Positions 36,876 through 50,299 of a stretch of 64,000 nucleotides of DNA are shown here, in pieces; position 1 is the first letter of the stretch; every line of letters starts with the position of its first letter. A model generated the notes under the pieces. That model worked only from the letters and a program-made list of their open reading frames with translations, was not told the DNA's origin and searched no databases. Both the position numbers and the translations under genes were made by a program. The DNA is from Leucoraja ocellata (taxonomy: Eukaryota), in assembly GCA_036785375.1 (NCBI GenBank), contig JAWMAR010000030.1, positions 6,076,001 through 6,140,000 of the forward strand. Direction: 5' to 3'.

Positions 36876-37705
36876 AGCAAAATTGAACAGAATTGATAAA
36901 TCTCCACGATGTGGGTTTCTAAAGTGGTCTGCCCCTGCTGCTCATCTGAGGCAAGGTCCTTTGTTTAATTATTGAACCCTCTGCCTGAGTTGGGTTGAAG
37001 TGTTTTCCTCAAAAGCACAAAGTCCATGGTTTCTCAAAACCTAATTAAAAGGTTCCATTTAAAATCCCTGGTTCACTCTCATTCAATGCTGTTTGATACA
37101 CTCCCACTCTATACACCGGCAACCACACAAACATTTCAGGACAGCAAAAACAAATGTAACACAAGTTAGTTCAGTCAGACATCAAAGTCTTGCAACCTCC
37201 AAGAGAGACGCCAAGTGCTGGAGACGTTCAGTGGGTCAGGCAGCATCTCTGGAGAAATTGAATGGGTGACGTTTCTGGTTGGGACCCTTCTTCATGTAAT
37301 CTCAAGCTGGGTTTCATGTAATGCTGGGAGATGTGACAATGTCTGGGGAGAGCCTCCTGCCCATTGGAATTGTTCCTATTTTGTCTGTGCCGTTACTTCA
37401 GAAGCACCATGAAAGGTCAACAGAAATACAAGAGTTTCTCTTCCTGTTCTTGTGTACTAATGAAAGTTCTCTATGCACACTTACTCCAGAAAACGTTACA
37501 GGTGTACTTGGAGGAAGCTGTAGAATTTGGCAAAATGTGCAGGGAGGGTCCCACAATATAATTTGCAGACAGCGATGGTGTATTTGATAACATGGCGGTG
37601 CAGTGTTGGTTGCATAATTGATTGCAACTTGCCAGAAGGGTGCTGGCTCCCTCTATTTTCTTAGACAGACACTTGTAATAGTGTTTACCCTGAAGCTGGG
37701 TGAAG

Positions 37706-39054
37706 TTAACATGCCTTCCTTGTTTTTACCACCTTACTTTGGTATTTGACGGCATGACCCTTGTGCCCAATCACATAGATATCGAATAGGTAGGTGGTCC
37801 TTGCCTTCAGCCCTGTGACCTTCTGCACTGCTACTGCACGCTGAGCGTTGAGGTGGTGAAAATACTTGCAGCCCGCATTCTCTGAAATGCTGCGCGTCTC
37901 GGGGCCAAGGCACCCATTTTGCTGCTTTCTTTCCATTTCCAGTGTTTGTTCCTCCATCTCCCTTTTGTAGAGGCAGTACCTGTTTTGCTCACTCGTTGCC
38001 AGCCAAGCCAAAGTGACAGAGTTGCAGGTTCTGAGCCTATTGTAGGATTTCACTTTAAGGCTGTCCGGGAGTCGTGGGAAGAGAGATTTGTTGGGACGTG
38101 TGGATACCAGAATCTTCACAAGGACCTCCGAGGCCTCCATGGATTTGATCCCAATGATGTATTTTGCATTAGATTTTCCTTTCAGCTTAAAATGCTTTAG
38201 GTTATTTGTGCTTTCAGACACAATTAGTTTACCATTTCTCTCGATTGTAACGTACAGTTTTCCACATGAGTGGAATGTAAATTGCACCCTTCTATGCCAG
38301 CTCGTGGGCCTGAAGCTATAGAATTTTTGTCTGTCCTTCTGGATGTAAACCTGCGCCATGATTCCTTCCTTCAAATCGAGAATGTATGGATCTGGCCACT
38401 GTAATGTTTTTGCAAAGGTGCCAATATAGGCAGAGCTAGTGTTGGCGAGGACATTAACAACAAACACATCAAAGTAGTAAAGGGAGTTGGGTTGCAAGTC
38501 CAATACTGAATAGATATTTCTGTTGCCGACACAGAGTTGTGTGACATCTATCTTTGCTTCCCTGGAGACTGGATGGCTAAGACTGGCAGAGAGTTGAATA
38601 TCTTCCGTTCTGGTGAGATGGATCTCCTGACCTCCAGAGTAGATGGTCACCACTGGCAGATCTGGCCAAAGTTCCACCTGGTTTTGGGCAGCGCAGAGAC
38701 TTTGGTAGTTGTGCTTCTGGTTGACCAAGAGACAGTACTGAATGTTGTGCTCATCATGCAACACTGATGGGCTGGGCTTCCAGGCCAGGGTCACGGTCCT
38801 CTGCCCCACAGAGGCGACGTTCACTCGAGAGTCAAATGGCAACTCTGGGGTTGGAGGCTCGTTCTCGGGCTTGGTTGTCAGGTAGACTCTCATTTGGGCG
38901 TCCCTCTCAGTTGAAAGGAGCTCCAGATTGTGCAAGGCCGAATGCGATGAAGCCCGCACGAACGTCTGCGCTGTGTTTCCCTTGTAGCTGAACAGATCTC
39001 TCGTGGTAACCCGATCCCATTCAAGTGTCCCCGGCTTCTCAGAGCGATAAGTGC
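37706..39054 (-). CDS. NDNF-like large terminal exon (two FN3-type domains)
   Basis: tttcag|GC; contains the 417-aa ORF 37706..38959 in frame. Confidence 0.93.
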
Positions 39055-41449
39055 CTGAAATTCAGAAAAAATCTATCAGGTGGTGAATCTGGAATTCATT
39101 GCCACAGAAGGCCGTGGAGGCCAAGTCAATGGATATTTGTAAGGGAGAGATAGCTGGATTCTTGATTAGTACGGGTGTCAGGGGTTACGAGGAGAAGGCA
39201 GGAGAATGGGGTAAGGAGGGAGAGATAGATCAGCCATCATTGAATTGTGGAGTAGGCTTGATGGGCCGAATGGCCTAATTCTGGTCCTATCACTTATGAA
39301 TTTGATCCACTACCCTGCCATTTGTTAACTGCATTGGGACTATAAATGTTGAGGAGCCAAGTGAGTTTAAATTCTGGTTAAATACAGTCTACTCAAAGTT
39401 CCACTTCAATCTGTAACCCAACATGTTCATCCATACAATGTGTTGGCTTTCCACTACCTAGAACAAGTGAACAGATCCATTACCTTACTGGTTGATAATT
39501 GACTATCCAAATCCCCTTCATTATGTTCCCGACTTACCAACAGTCTCAATATTTATGCATTAAAATCTTAATATAAGCCAGTGTTTATGCACAAGTGGGG
39601 TTCCACTTTAGTGTCTCATCCATATGATTCCATCTCTGATGGTCTACTCTCCCAGTGTCAGGCTAGATTTTTTTTCAACTCTAGTTTGGGCCTTGAACAC
39701 GCAACATTCTGACTCGAAGGATGATTCATAGGAATAACTTTCACTATCATCAATTCCTACTTCTGTTGAAAGAAATGAGATTGTTTGTGTGAATGATAAG
39801 ATTATCTACAAAGAGAGACATCTTTCAGTGATTCCAGGCTGGAAATGAGAATGTCAGACATTCCCAGCATTACTGCAGTGACTAACAAGGCATTCTGGAA
39901 TGACCTGAGTTGGGATGTGCAACAAATGAGATTTTATACTTGACTCCCACATCCCAAATGCTGCCATTTCTAATTCACGTTCTGGTTTGCACTCTTCCTT
40001 CGAAGATAGACATAGAAATCTGGAGTAACTCAGCGGGACAGGCAGCATCTCTGGAGATAAGGAACTGGTGACGTTTCGGGTCGAGACCATTTTTCATACT
40101 CATATTTCATACAGGGAAGATAATATATTAAACTGAGCGGGAAGAAGGATGAGTGAATATGTAATGAACTCAGATTTTAGTTGGGTGATTTGAATATTTA
40201 TAGTGCATGTTGATGGGGGTAGTGAATGTACACATGATTGTCTTAGATAGACATTGAAGGTCTTAACCTGATGAAATAACAATCCTTACTGTGTGTTGGC
40301 CACTCTTGAACACTGACTCTCCACTCAAGGGCAGCGTCGCAAGGATTCACTCTGATGGAGAAAGGGCTCTTGTCCTTCACCTGGAAGTAATGCCTGTGGA
40401 GAGAAGAGTACAAACCAGGACGTGAATATGAAATGGCAGTAAATGCAACATCTAGCTGAGTTTGTACCTTGAAGATGGTGGTGAACTGCCTTCTTGAATA
40501 GCCATGACACTTCTGGTACAGATATTTTGACAGGACTGTTGAAAAGAAAATCTAAGAATTTGGGCTCAGTGACATTGAAGAAAAGATGATGTAATCCTGA
40601 GTCCATGATGGGCAACTTAAAAGTTGAAGTGGTGGTGTTCTCAACAACCCAGTGGCTTGGTATCCTTGTTGATAGAAGCCATAGGTTTGGAAAGTGTTTC
40701 AGAACAAGTGAGTGACTGTAGTAAATTGTGTGGATGGTGATTGCTGGGGAGTGCCAATGATGCAGGGAATGAATGTTTGTGTGATAGAAGAGGCATTAAG
40801 TCAGTGGGCTGCTTTCTTCTGGAAGGTGTCAAGTTTTTTAGATTGTCAGCAACAGGAGAGGGCCACCACCTCTCATTGCCCATGGCTCTGCGGGAGCTGA
40901 TGTCTATACTGAGTATGCAAAGGTCATTGTGGCTGGCCACCACATTGGTCCTCCTGTATATGTTGAGCAGTGTGAACATCAATATGACCAAAGTAATGAA
41001 GTTGAATGCAATGTTTGATGGCTACTAAATAGATTAAACTCAGAAACGGGAAAATAACATTTAGAGAAAAATACACAGCATGCAAAATCAAATAGTTGTG
41101 AACATCTTGCTGTTGTCTAATTCTTGTTTAGGTCATCTGATCAGGGCATCTGATTGCTTCTCCAGTTGAAAACCATGTTGAATATCTGCAAAGCTTGCAT
41201 CTTCACTGTAGCCCGCCACCTACAATGGGTTACTATCTAAACAAGCCTGTACAGTGCTTACCTCTGTGGCAGGTCTCTGAAGAGGAAGATGGTTATTTCT
41301 GTGCCATCTGGCAAGAGTGGGGAGTAGTTGTACATGGCTTCATTGGCGACCCACTCCCACCTCTGTTGCTGGGCAAAGACTGGCCTTTGACCGTGGCACA
41401 GGCAGACAAGGTGAAGGAGAAGTTGCCAAAGTATCTGCGAGACCAACAT
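37706..41449 (-). CDS. ndnfl: NDNF-like (neuron-derived neurotrophic factor family) secreted FN3-domain protein, 546 aa, 3 coding exons
   Basis: Exons 41449-41262, 40393-40290 and 39054-37706 splice in frame (188+104+1349=1641 nt). N-terminal hydrophobic signal peptide; NDNF-family motifs PCDAALEW, TVTLAWKPSP, YYFDVFVVN, LRTCNSVTLAWL and VKYQSKVVKTRKAC. The symbol is tentative because paralogue status is inferred. Confidence 0.9.
39078..39300 (+). mobile_element. CR1-type LINE 3' fragment next to the NDNF-like acceptor site
   Basis: gtggtgaatctggaattcattgccacagaaggc...gatgggccgaatggcct. Confidence 0.75.
40290..40393 (-). CDS. NDNF-like second coding exon (HYFQVKDKSPFSIRVNPCDAALEWRVSVQEWPTH)
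   Basis: ccacag|G...A|gtaagg; 104 nt, phase 2-1. Confidence 0.88.
40440..41030 (-). mobile_element. Old LINE 3' fragment (similar pieces on + at about 60250-61270)
   Basis: Degenerate similarity between the two loci; family not certain. Confidence 0.4.
41262..41449 (-). CDS. NDNF-like first coding exon (signal peptide MLVSQILWQLLLHLVCLCHG ... FLFRDLPQR)
   Basis: Acceptor ttacag| with the exon starting at 41461, ATG at 41449, donor AG|gtaagc; phase 2. Confidence 0.88.
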
Positions 41450-41885
41450 TTCCACCAGAAGCTGTAAATTGAAGTGGAACAAACTTCACTTGTATCCATA
41501 TTAGTTAGATTAAAAAAAGGCTTTTGGACACCACCAGATGTTCCAAGCACATCTCAATGCCCTGGTGAAGCAATGAAATAACTTTTAATAGCAGTCCCAG
41601 TTATATTAGTATGTTACCTTCAGGAATAACACAACCCATTGGAAGATAATCGGATTACTTTTCTGCCCTGTGTTCACTTGGTCGGTTATGGAATTCCACA
41701 CAAAGCATTCCGTATGCTGTTTCCAACATCAGGTGCTAGCATGCTTGAAGGGCTGAATAGGATTCTGCTTAGAGCCTTGTTCTTTACATTATGTGGAGAG
41801 TGAGGTCAGGGTAATGTTTCTTCAACATTTAATCTCAAATACTCATTGAGCTATACACACTGATCTGCTTTGTAGTAAATGCCTG

Positions 41886-41969
41886 CTATGTTCTGTGTGC
41901 TGAAGCAAAGCAAGAATTTCATTGTCCTATCAGGGACACATGACAATAGACTCACTTGACTTGACTTGA
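41886..41969 (+). mobile_element. Rex1-like LINE tail
   Basis: Reverse complement of 17005-17090; ends gacttgacttga. Confidence 0.65.
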
Positions 41970-42069
41970 GCATTTGACACATTTGAAACCAACAACATGT
42001 TTGTATGTATGTGCTTGGAGTTCAGCTGAGATCCTCTTTGTCCCTCAGGACCAAGAATAACTTGCTATA

Positions 42070-42340
42070 GTTTAGAGACGCAGTGTGGAAACAAGCCCGT
42101 CGGTCCACCGAGTCTGTGCCAACCAGCGATCTCCGTACACCAGTTTTATCCTACAGACTAGGGAGATTTTGCAGAAGTCAATTAGCCTACAAACCTGCAC
42201 GTCTTCGGAATATGGGAGGAAACCGGAGCACCCGGAGGAAACCCACAGTCACAGGGAGAACGTATAAACTTCGTACAGACAGCACCCGTAGTTAGGATCA
42301 GCTCTGGGTCTCTGGCACTCCAAGGCAATAAGTCTACTTC
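42070..42340 (-). mobile_element. HE1-like tRNA SINE
   Basis: Reverse complement of the SINE copies at 23010 and 34941. Confidence 0.7.
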
Positions 42341-42613
42341 CCTGTGAGTGTATCGTTTCAATGAGGATTGGCTGTTGTATATCAGCTACCACAGAGCAGT
42401 GTTGTGGTTCAATGACAGGAAGGTCCAAGACAATTGTAAACCATGTGCGTGGGGAGCTGTGTGTTAGCACGAGCATTCTCCGTTTTTGTACATATTCACA
42501 GGTACAGGATTTTGTCCACAGGCCTTTCTGTGGACCCTCCCCTTGCCACCACAACTCGAAGCTCAGCCGCTCAACACTTTTCTCTCAACCTCCTCCCTTT
42601 TTCTTCCCTGTCA

Positions 42614-42890
42614 GGGTGGCGCAATAACACTTAATGCTGCTGCCTCACAGCTCCAGTGAGGCAGGTTCGATTCATACATCTGGTGCTGTTTGTGTGGAGT
42701 TCCCACGTTCATCATGTGGCCCCGTGTATTTCCCCCTGGGTCCTCTAGTTTCCTCCCGCACCCATGTGAGTTGACAGGTTAATTGGCCACTCACTGCAAG
42801 TTGCACCTTGTGTGTCTAAATGATAGAAAATAGAGGCAGTAGATGGGGTCTGTGTAAATGGGTGCTCGATATGCTCAGAGATTGTGGTGG
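42614..42890 (+). mobile_element. HE1-like tRNA SINE
   Basis: A-box-like ggtggcgca and B-box ggttcgatt. Confidence 0.65.
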
Positions 42891-45800
42891 GTAAGTGTGA
42901 GTTCCCTGTGTTCCCACCCCCACATCTCTCCAGCTGATAGCCATTTTATTTCACCAAAAGGGAAGCTGCCTACAGATTACTGGATGCCCAAGTGCTGCCT
43001 GAAGGCCAAACCCTGCAACCTTCCCCAGGCAGCAGATCCTGGTTTCCTGGGATCTGTGGAGAAGTTGGTTCTGATGCACCATCTCAGAGACAATGGTGAA
43101 AGCTTGTTAGACCTCCGAACTCAGTATACAATGTGACCCCAAATTCATAGGACTGTGTCTTCTACATTCCTGAAGGCACTACCTTCTGATCCCATTCACA
43201 TATTTCAGGAATCAAGGATTTCATTGTCAAATCTTTCCAAACCCAGTGAGCATTCTCCCTCTCTAACCTCATCAGAAACCCCTGCACTCAGTCAATTCGC
43301 ACTCACTCTCAAGATCAGTGGATATTCGGGAATATATCTTATTAAATGAGCAGATCGTCAAATTGTCAGCCAGGGTTAATTTATTCCCTTTGGGAAAACT
43401 ATGCTTTAAAAAAAAAACCCATTGTTCAATACTCTGTTACCCACTTGTGCAGAAAGCTTTAAGGAAATTGCCCTGAAACCATTCACAACTCAAAACACGG
43501 AGCAGTCACACAAGAAACACAGGCACATACACAAAGACACAGACATACAAAATGCAGCTGTGTGTATTCAACATGCAAACAAAAATATTGCTTTGGCAAT
43601 TCCACCAGATCAAGGTTTAACAAACACATGTAGATATAGGCACATACGTAACATAACACACATACACAAATTACACCCAGGTAACACTAAAACATCTGGA
43701 GTGTTTTAACAAAGACTTGGAGACAGCAACAAGATGGAATGATTAGCACCAAGTATTCCTTTTGAGTCCAGGAGGTGCAATTAATTAATCTTGCAAAGTT
43801 ACTGAAACATTTCACAAAAGATGTTTTCTACAACAAGGCAATTGTGATCACTCTACCTGTGTGTTGCGCTTGGGTCCGATAGTCCTCTTTTCCTCCATGG
43901 TCTAATCTCTCAAATTCTTGCAGACTGGTTTGCTCTGACAGAAAGCTGTGACTGTCGTACCCCAATTTTCGTTTAAATTCTTTCGCTGGGGCTCTGTACT
44001 TAATAGAGGCAGCAAGAGTGATGAAATGCACGCACAGCCTTAATCCCACTGGGACTGAGATTTGCTGGTGATGCAGCTGATGGTTCTGAGAGAATCGGTG
44101 CAAAACAGGGTCCAATGCACATCTATCCAATTATACACAGCACTGCCCTGACATCACAGCAATTCACAGTCAAGGGACATCCCATCTGTCGGGGTGCTCT
44201 ATAATAGCAGGCAATTCCCAGAGGAGAAGACCGCAAGGAACAGGAATGTTATGAATGCTAAACCGATTGTTGTGTAGAGAAGGCAAACACTGAATCAATA
44301 AGGTTAAGAGGCAGGGAAGGAATAAAGATTTTTTTTGAGTTTAAATTAAAATGGGCAGAATATTCTATTTATAAATTTCTTGTGGAGCTACAGATTTATG
44401 AAATGCACAATCTGTTGTATTGTTCTTGGTAATAATAGCCTTTTATTTCAGAGTAAATTAAATTTGCAAAAAAATGTGAAAATGATCTTTGGACAAATAT
44501 TTTGAAGGGCACTTGATCTGAGTACAATGACATCTGTGAAAGATTTTGCAAAGGACTTAACTCCCAAACAGGATTTTTCTCTTTTTACTTTGATGCTGTT
44601 TAAACCTGCCATCTGCTTTCCCCTTTATTAACATTCATGAGAAGCAATTAATTCGCAAGCTCAGCGGATACTTCAGGACAATGCACTGTTAGCGAGGGGG
44701 TAATGTGGGATCACGACTCTATCAGAAGGGTCTTATTGAGAGAGCACAACATTGTCAGGCAAAGCAGAGGGACCACTGCACTGCTGAAGAGACAATACTG
44801 AGGCAGTGTCACACTGCCAGGGCATTGAGTGAGAGAGCGCCCCACTTCTGTTGAAGCAGAACTGAGGAACATGTGCATTGTTGAGGAGGTGGGGGCAGCA
44901 TTTAGAACACCATTGTTATAGAGAGCAAGAACTTGGGGACAGTCACAGTATTGGAGTGTCAATACTGTTTGTTGCATTATTGGAAAAGCAGTTTTTAAGG
45001 AAAACTGAAAGACAAATGGCAGTACAGACACTGGCATACTCCGATGAATAGGTCACAAGCATTGCAGCACTGACAGAGGGACAGTATTGAGCATTGCATT
45101 GTTAGACTGAGTGAGCTGTCTGAGGGGGCAGTATAGAGAGTGCCTGAACTGTTGATGAGTGTTCCTTGGTAAATGTCACCTTGTTGGCGAGCTATATGGA
45201 GTGGTGCACTGTGAAACGGATTATCTTATGAATAACATTCAATCCAGTCAAACCCTTGTCAGTTTTGGTACTTTAACGTGACGTTAAGAATGTTAAAAGA
45301 CAAGTCGACTGAAAATTTACCTTGGTGGTGGTTGCCAATATTGGCCAAAGGAAATTGGCTGAATTATTTCCCAAACCAACACAAAGCCCTGAGCTGTATG
45401 ACATCTGAAGCAACTAGAGACATTCATACCAAGTCTTTTTGTTTTATATTTCATCTACTCAGTGAGATGGTATGTACCAAATTGTCTAGACAAAACCATT
45501 AATATTAAGCTGTGCAATATTCAATCAATAAACGTGGAGCAGGATTCCTTTTGCAGGTGGGAGTCTATTTTTATTGGGATAAAGTTTGCCCAAAAATAAT
45601 AACAGAGGCGTGCATTCCAAGCAGGTTATGCACTCGCATCTGATCTTGTTCCAGCGGAAAATAAATCACAATCGGGGAAATTGATCGGTGAGGAATTCTT
45701 GTCCACTGTTTGCACAGCTGCTGACACATTCACCTCCATCCATCAAAACCTCTGCTCTCAACTTTACAGATCCTTTATTTCTAATTTCTTCCAGGAACGA

Positions 45801-46307
45801 GCGAGTGGAGATCTATTTCTATCAAGGAATGATTGCAGACCTTCTGTGACGATGAGGCTGAAAATGCAAACAAGAAATCAAGGTTTTAGTTCAGATGAAA
45901 CTAACTGACATTTTTTTCTCCATCCTAAGTCAATAGTACATTTGTCCAAGAGCTGCTGAATTTGCCTGTTTAAGGTTCGTATGTTTAAATGTCAGTCAAT
46001 GCTTTTTACAATGCCTGAGTTTGGAATCTAATTCCAATCTACGCAGTCTCTGGGAATATTTAGTTATGCATTGATTTACTCTGAATTGGCATCTCCTATT
46101 GGTTTGTGAAGATTTATTACCACATTTTCAGAGGCAATCAAGGACAGCAATAGTGCGAGCCTTGTCAGCAGCACGCTCATATTTAAACTTGCTTTCAGCA
46201 CAGAACAGTCCATTCATGCTCTCCCATTGCACAAGTTTGCTAACACTCGCAGTTCTACTCAACTCTTTCTCGCATGCACTGCTGAGTTACACATGTATTT
46301 CTTTGGA

Positions 46308-46522
46308 AGACAAAAATGCTGGAGAAACTCAGCGGGTGAGGCAGCATCTACGGAGCAAAGGAATAAGCGATGTTTTGGATCATGATCCTTGTCCAAAAGT
46401 CTGAAGAAGGGTCTCGACCCAAAACGTCGTCTAGTCCTTCGCTCCATAGGTGCTGCCTCACCCGCTGAGTTTCTCCAGCATTTTTGTCTACCTTGATTTT
46501 TCCAGCATCTGCAGTTCTTTCT
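46308..46522. repeat. Inverted pair of Penelope-derived repeats with perfect 39-bp outer arms
   Basis: 46308-46346 is the exact reverse complement of 46451-46489. Confidence 0.85.
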
Positions 46523-47372
46523 GAAAAAAGTATTTGTTTAGTTCACATTGTTTTATTACATAGGTCTGCTCAGACTTGCATATTCCACATTGCAGAATAG
46601 ACAATAGGTGCAGGAGTAGGCCATTCGGCCCTTCGAGCTAGCACCGCCATTCAATGTGATCATGGCTGATCACTCACACAGACTACTAATAAACACAGTG
46701 CTCCATCGACCTGAACATAAATGTGTTTATTTTGGTTTCATACAGTCCTTTCACACTTCCACTGTTTTCATTCAGTCTGTTATCCACTGGAACAATCTAG
46801 TTTTGCAGCTTGGAAAAAAAAATATGTCACAACTCCACTCCTTTTACCTACCAATGACAATAAACCTGCAGCCCATCAATGATGGAACAAAGTTCACAGG
46901 GCAATTATTCAGCAGCGGCTGACTGTTGCAATGTCCAGTATCACCAGGCTCATCGCGTCTTCCTCTCTTCCCCCCATAAGAAACAGAAGCTGTGTGATAA
47001 ACTAACCCGACTAGTTATCAAGCTTTTAATTTCTTCCTGCTCACTGACCACTTCCCCCAATGATTCACGTTATCACTGTCTTTCAGTGAGTCGGTCTCTG
47101 CTTTCTGATCTTTTCCACCACATGTTATGCAATCAACAGTCTGATGAATCCAAATACTTGCAAAGTTGGTCTAATCCAGCTTGAGTACAGGTTGCTGATT
47201 AAACTTCACCTAACACCATAAGTACAAGCTTCCTTCCTGACTACAATATGAAAAATAACCAAGGAAAATCCAGTCTGGGGCAGCCCAGTACATATCCAGT
47301 GTATTTAAAGCATGTAATGCAAGAAAATAGACTTCATGTGAAATCCTCTAAAGATGTACAGAAAGGAACTGC

Positions 47373-47515
47373 AGGTGCTGGTTTATATCGAGGATCGACA
47401 CAAAGTGCTGGAGTATCTCAGCGGGTCAGGCAGCATCTATGAAGGGATCATCAGATGACATTTTGGGTCAGGACACATCTTCAGACTGACCCACTGAGTT
47501 CCTCCAGCACTTTGC
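47373..47515. repeat. Penelope-derived repeat with a partial inverted arm
   Basis: caaagtgctggag...ctccagcactttg. Confidence 0.65.
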
Positions 47516-49270
47516 GATTTTCTCTCTTACATGGGTCAACAATGGTCACAGTATTAACAATTGTACATCAGCATTCATATTCCCCTGTGGGACGGAGAAG
47601 TGAATATTGTGCCTGTGTCTAACCTATACAACTGTTTGCCCCACACTCTTCCTCAACCCCACCAATAACCTTCAGACTGGGATAAAGATCATGGCCTCTC
47701 AACTAGAGGCGTCTGTCACTCAGCACTCTCGGGGGGGTTGAATCTCAGCCGTGGGATACTGATTGGCAGTGGCTCCCCAGAGAGGCAAAGGCTGGGGATT
47801 CTGGCTCCCAACAGCACAGCGAGGCACCTGCTTCACTGGCTAACAGGTGGCAGGTTAGCCAGCTCATCTATCTGGTCATTGCCAACTAGAATGAAGGAAA
47901 ATAGTAGCAGTTACCTCCACAACAGTTGTCAGCAGGTTGAACAATCTGACCCTTAAGCAACCACTGCAGGTCGACATACTGGGCTTGGAACACTGGGGAT
48001 AACTCTCGTTCTACATAAAGAATGCTAGGAGTCTTCAATTCCTACCTTAGGAAACAAATTAAATTTCGAGACATGGCAGAGCTCTCTCAGCACTCCACCG
48101 GCATTGCCAACCTAAACATTTGTGCTACCGATCCTGAAGTGGGACTTGAACACGTGACTCTCCGTCTATCAATTAGTGATTGAACTTCATTAAAACACTA
48201 GACAATATAATTGCATACACACCCATTCATATAATCCCCACAGGCAATTTCAGAAGCTTATCCTCACTCACAAGCATACTGACTGAAAAAAAGGCCTGTC
48301 AGTGTTTAATAATAGGAAATCAATTTATTTGCATTTTTGCAAGCTCTGTATACCTACATTCTTTCAGTCTTGCTTATGAATAATTGTGTGTGGTTTAATT
48401 GCTGACAGCATCATTGAGCGAGGGTAAAAGCATGACTAACTCTTCACACATAGATTCTGTGCTTTTTAAATTGAAATATACTGAGGAAATTGCCAGCCAC
48501 TGACCTGTGAAACATGAGCTAATAAATGACACCCTCATGTATTACAGAAGCTAGTTTTTATGGCACTCCAGTGTATGCTCTTTAACAGAGCTATCCAATT
48601 AGATCCTCTCTCCCTGCCCTTTCCCTAGAGTCAGCACATTTCCTTTTTCATGTGTGCATCCACGTATCATTAAATACATTATATTCTAGATCACAACAAT
48701 TCACTGCAAGACAAGATTTCTCTTCCCCCTCCAGTTCTTAATTTATTAATTCTTAAATATCTTTTGTTTTATTGTCTGGCTTCTTGTCTACATTGCACTG
48801 AAAGCAATTTTCCCCATTTTGTGAATAAGACTAAAAAATGTATATATTTTTTAAAAAGCTAAAAGGCAGATGGGAGTATAAAGCAACACCAGTAAAATCA
48901 AATGAACCTGTTCCAAGCGGGAAGAAGGGCTGAGATAACGGAACTGTACAATAGATTAGGCAATAGGAAATGGAAAGATGTAACATATATCATGTTATTG
49001 GAGCATGCAGGACGTTTGAAGCAATTATGCCACAGGAAACTATAAATGCAATAATATTGATTAAAAACCTGTAACCAGATTTACATGGGGAATAGGGGTG
49101 GGATAATTAAGGAGGAAGGCAGTGTGACAGGCTGCTGGAGAGAGAGATATGTATAAAAATGCTTTGAAAGGAAACCGATAGGAAGGAGCAGATTCTCAAA
49201 AACGGAAAAGGAATCTGCTGTTAACTATGAGGTGGTTGAATAGCAAGATAAGTGCAGGAGGTCGAGACAT

Positions 49271-49558
49271 TTGGTTTAGATTTAGTTTAGAGATACAATG
49301 TGGAAATGGGTCCTTCGGCCCACCAAGTCCATGCACACTGGTTCTATCCAACCCACTAGGGGCAATTTACAGAAGCCAATTAACCTACAAACCCGCACGT
49401 CTTTGGAATGTGGGAGGATACCAGAGCACCCGGTAAAAATACACCTGGTAACAGGGTGAACTTACAAACTCCATACAGACAGCACCCATAGTCAGGACCG
49501 AACACAGGTGTTTGGTGCTACAAGGCAGCAATTCTACTGCTGCATCACTGTGCTGCCC
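49271..49558 (-). mobile_element. HE1-like tRNA SINE
   Basis: Same body and (tttag)n-type tail as the other copies. Confidence 0.7.
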
Positions 49559-50299
49559 CAAAGAAAAGTAAAACGGGGAGACGTTTCTTGTTGATTTCTA
49601 TAGTGTACTGTTCTGTGCCTTTTTTTTCTTTTTCTTTTTTATTTTATATGGATTTATTGACATTTAATCTATTCAATTAGTTTAATCAATCTCTAAAACA
49701 CTTTGGTTCAAAGTGATTTGGTTTAAAAGTGCTATATAAATAAATATTATTATTATTATTATTATTATTAACAAGAATAAAACACTGGAGTTGCTTAGCT
49801 TGTCAGGCAGCAACAGCGGAGGGAAATGTGCATTAACATTTTAGGTTGATGACCTTTCAACAAAACATTTGAGATACCAAATTACAGAGACAGATATTGA
49901 GATAAAGACACCAATTTGAGGAAAAAACAGCTGGTTTTGAAAACGCTCCGGCAACAACAGCCCATTAGATTGCCACAACTTATTGAGAAGGAAGAACTTT
50001 CATATTTTTACCTTAATCAAAATATGAAGAATATGTTAATCTATTCACAGAGGCCCACAGCTCTGAATCTTAAAATTGAACAATATTAGTTCACGCTAAT
50101 ACTAATACTAATATTGGGTGAATCGTAGTTGTCACTTCCTTGTGGTACCAGAGGTCACTGCAATGTATCGATCTTTCAGATGAGACATTGCACCTGCTAT
50201 ATTGCACAAGTGTCTTGCATCAGATCACTTCACTTGGATTACACTTCATAAGCACTTTCTTATCTGTAAAATATTCAAGGCTCGAATGAACAATTTGAG

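Noticed and set aside
37919-38991. Several plus-strand ORFs of 74-93 aa
   Set aside because: Antisense to the NDNF-like coding exon; no recognisable protein
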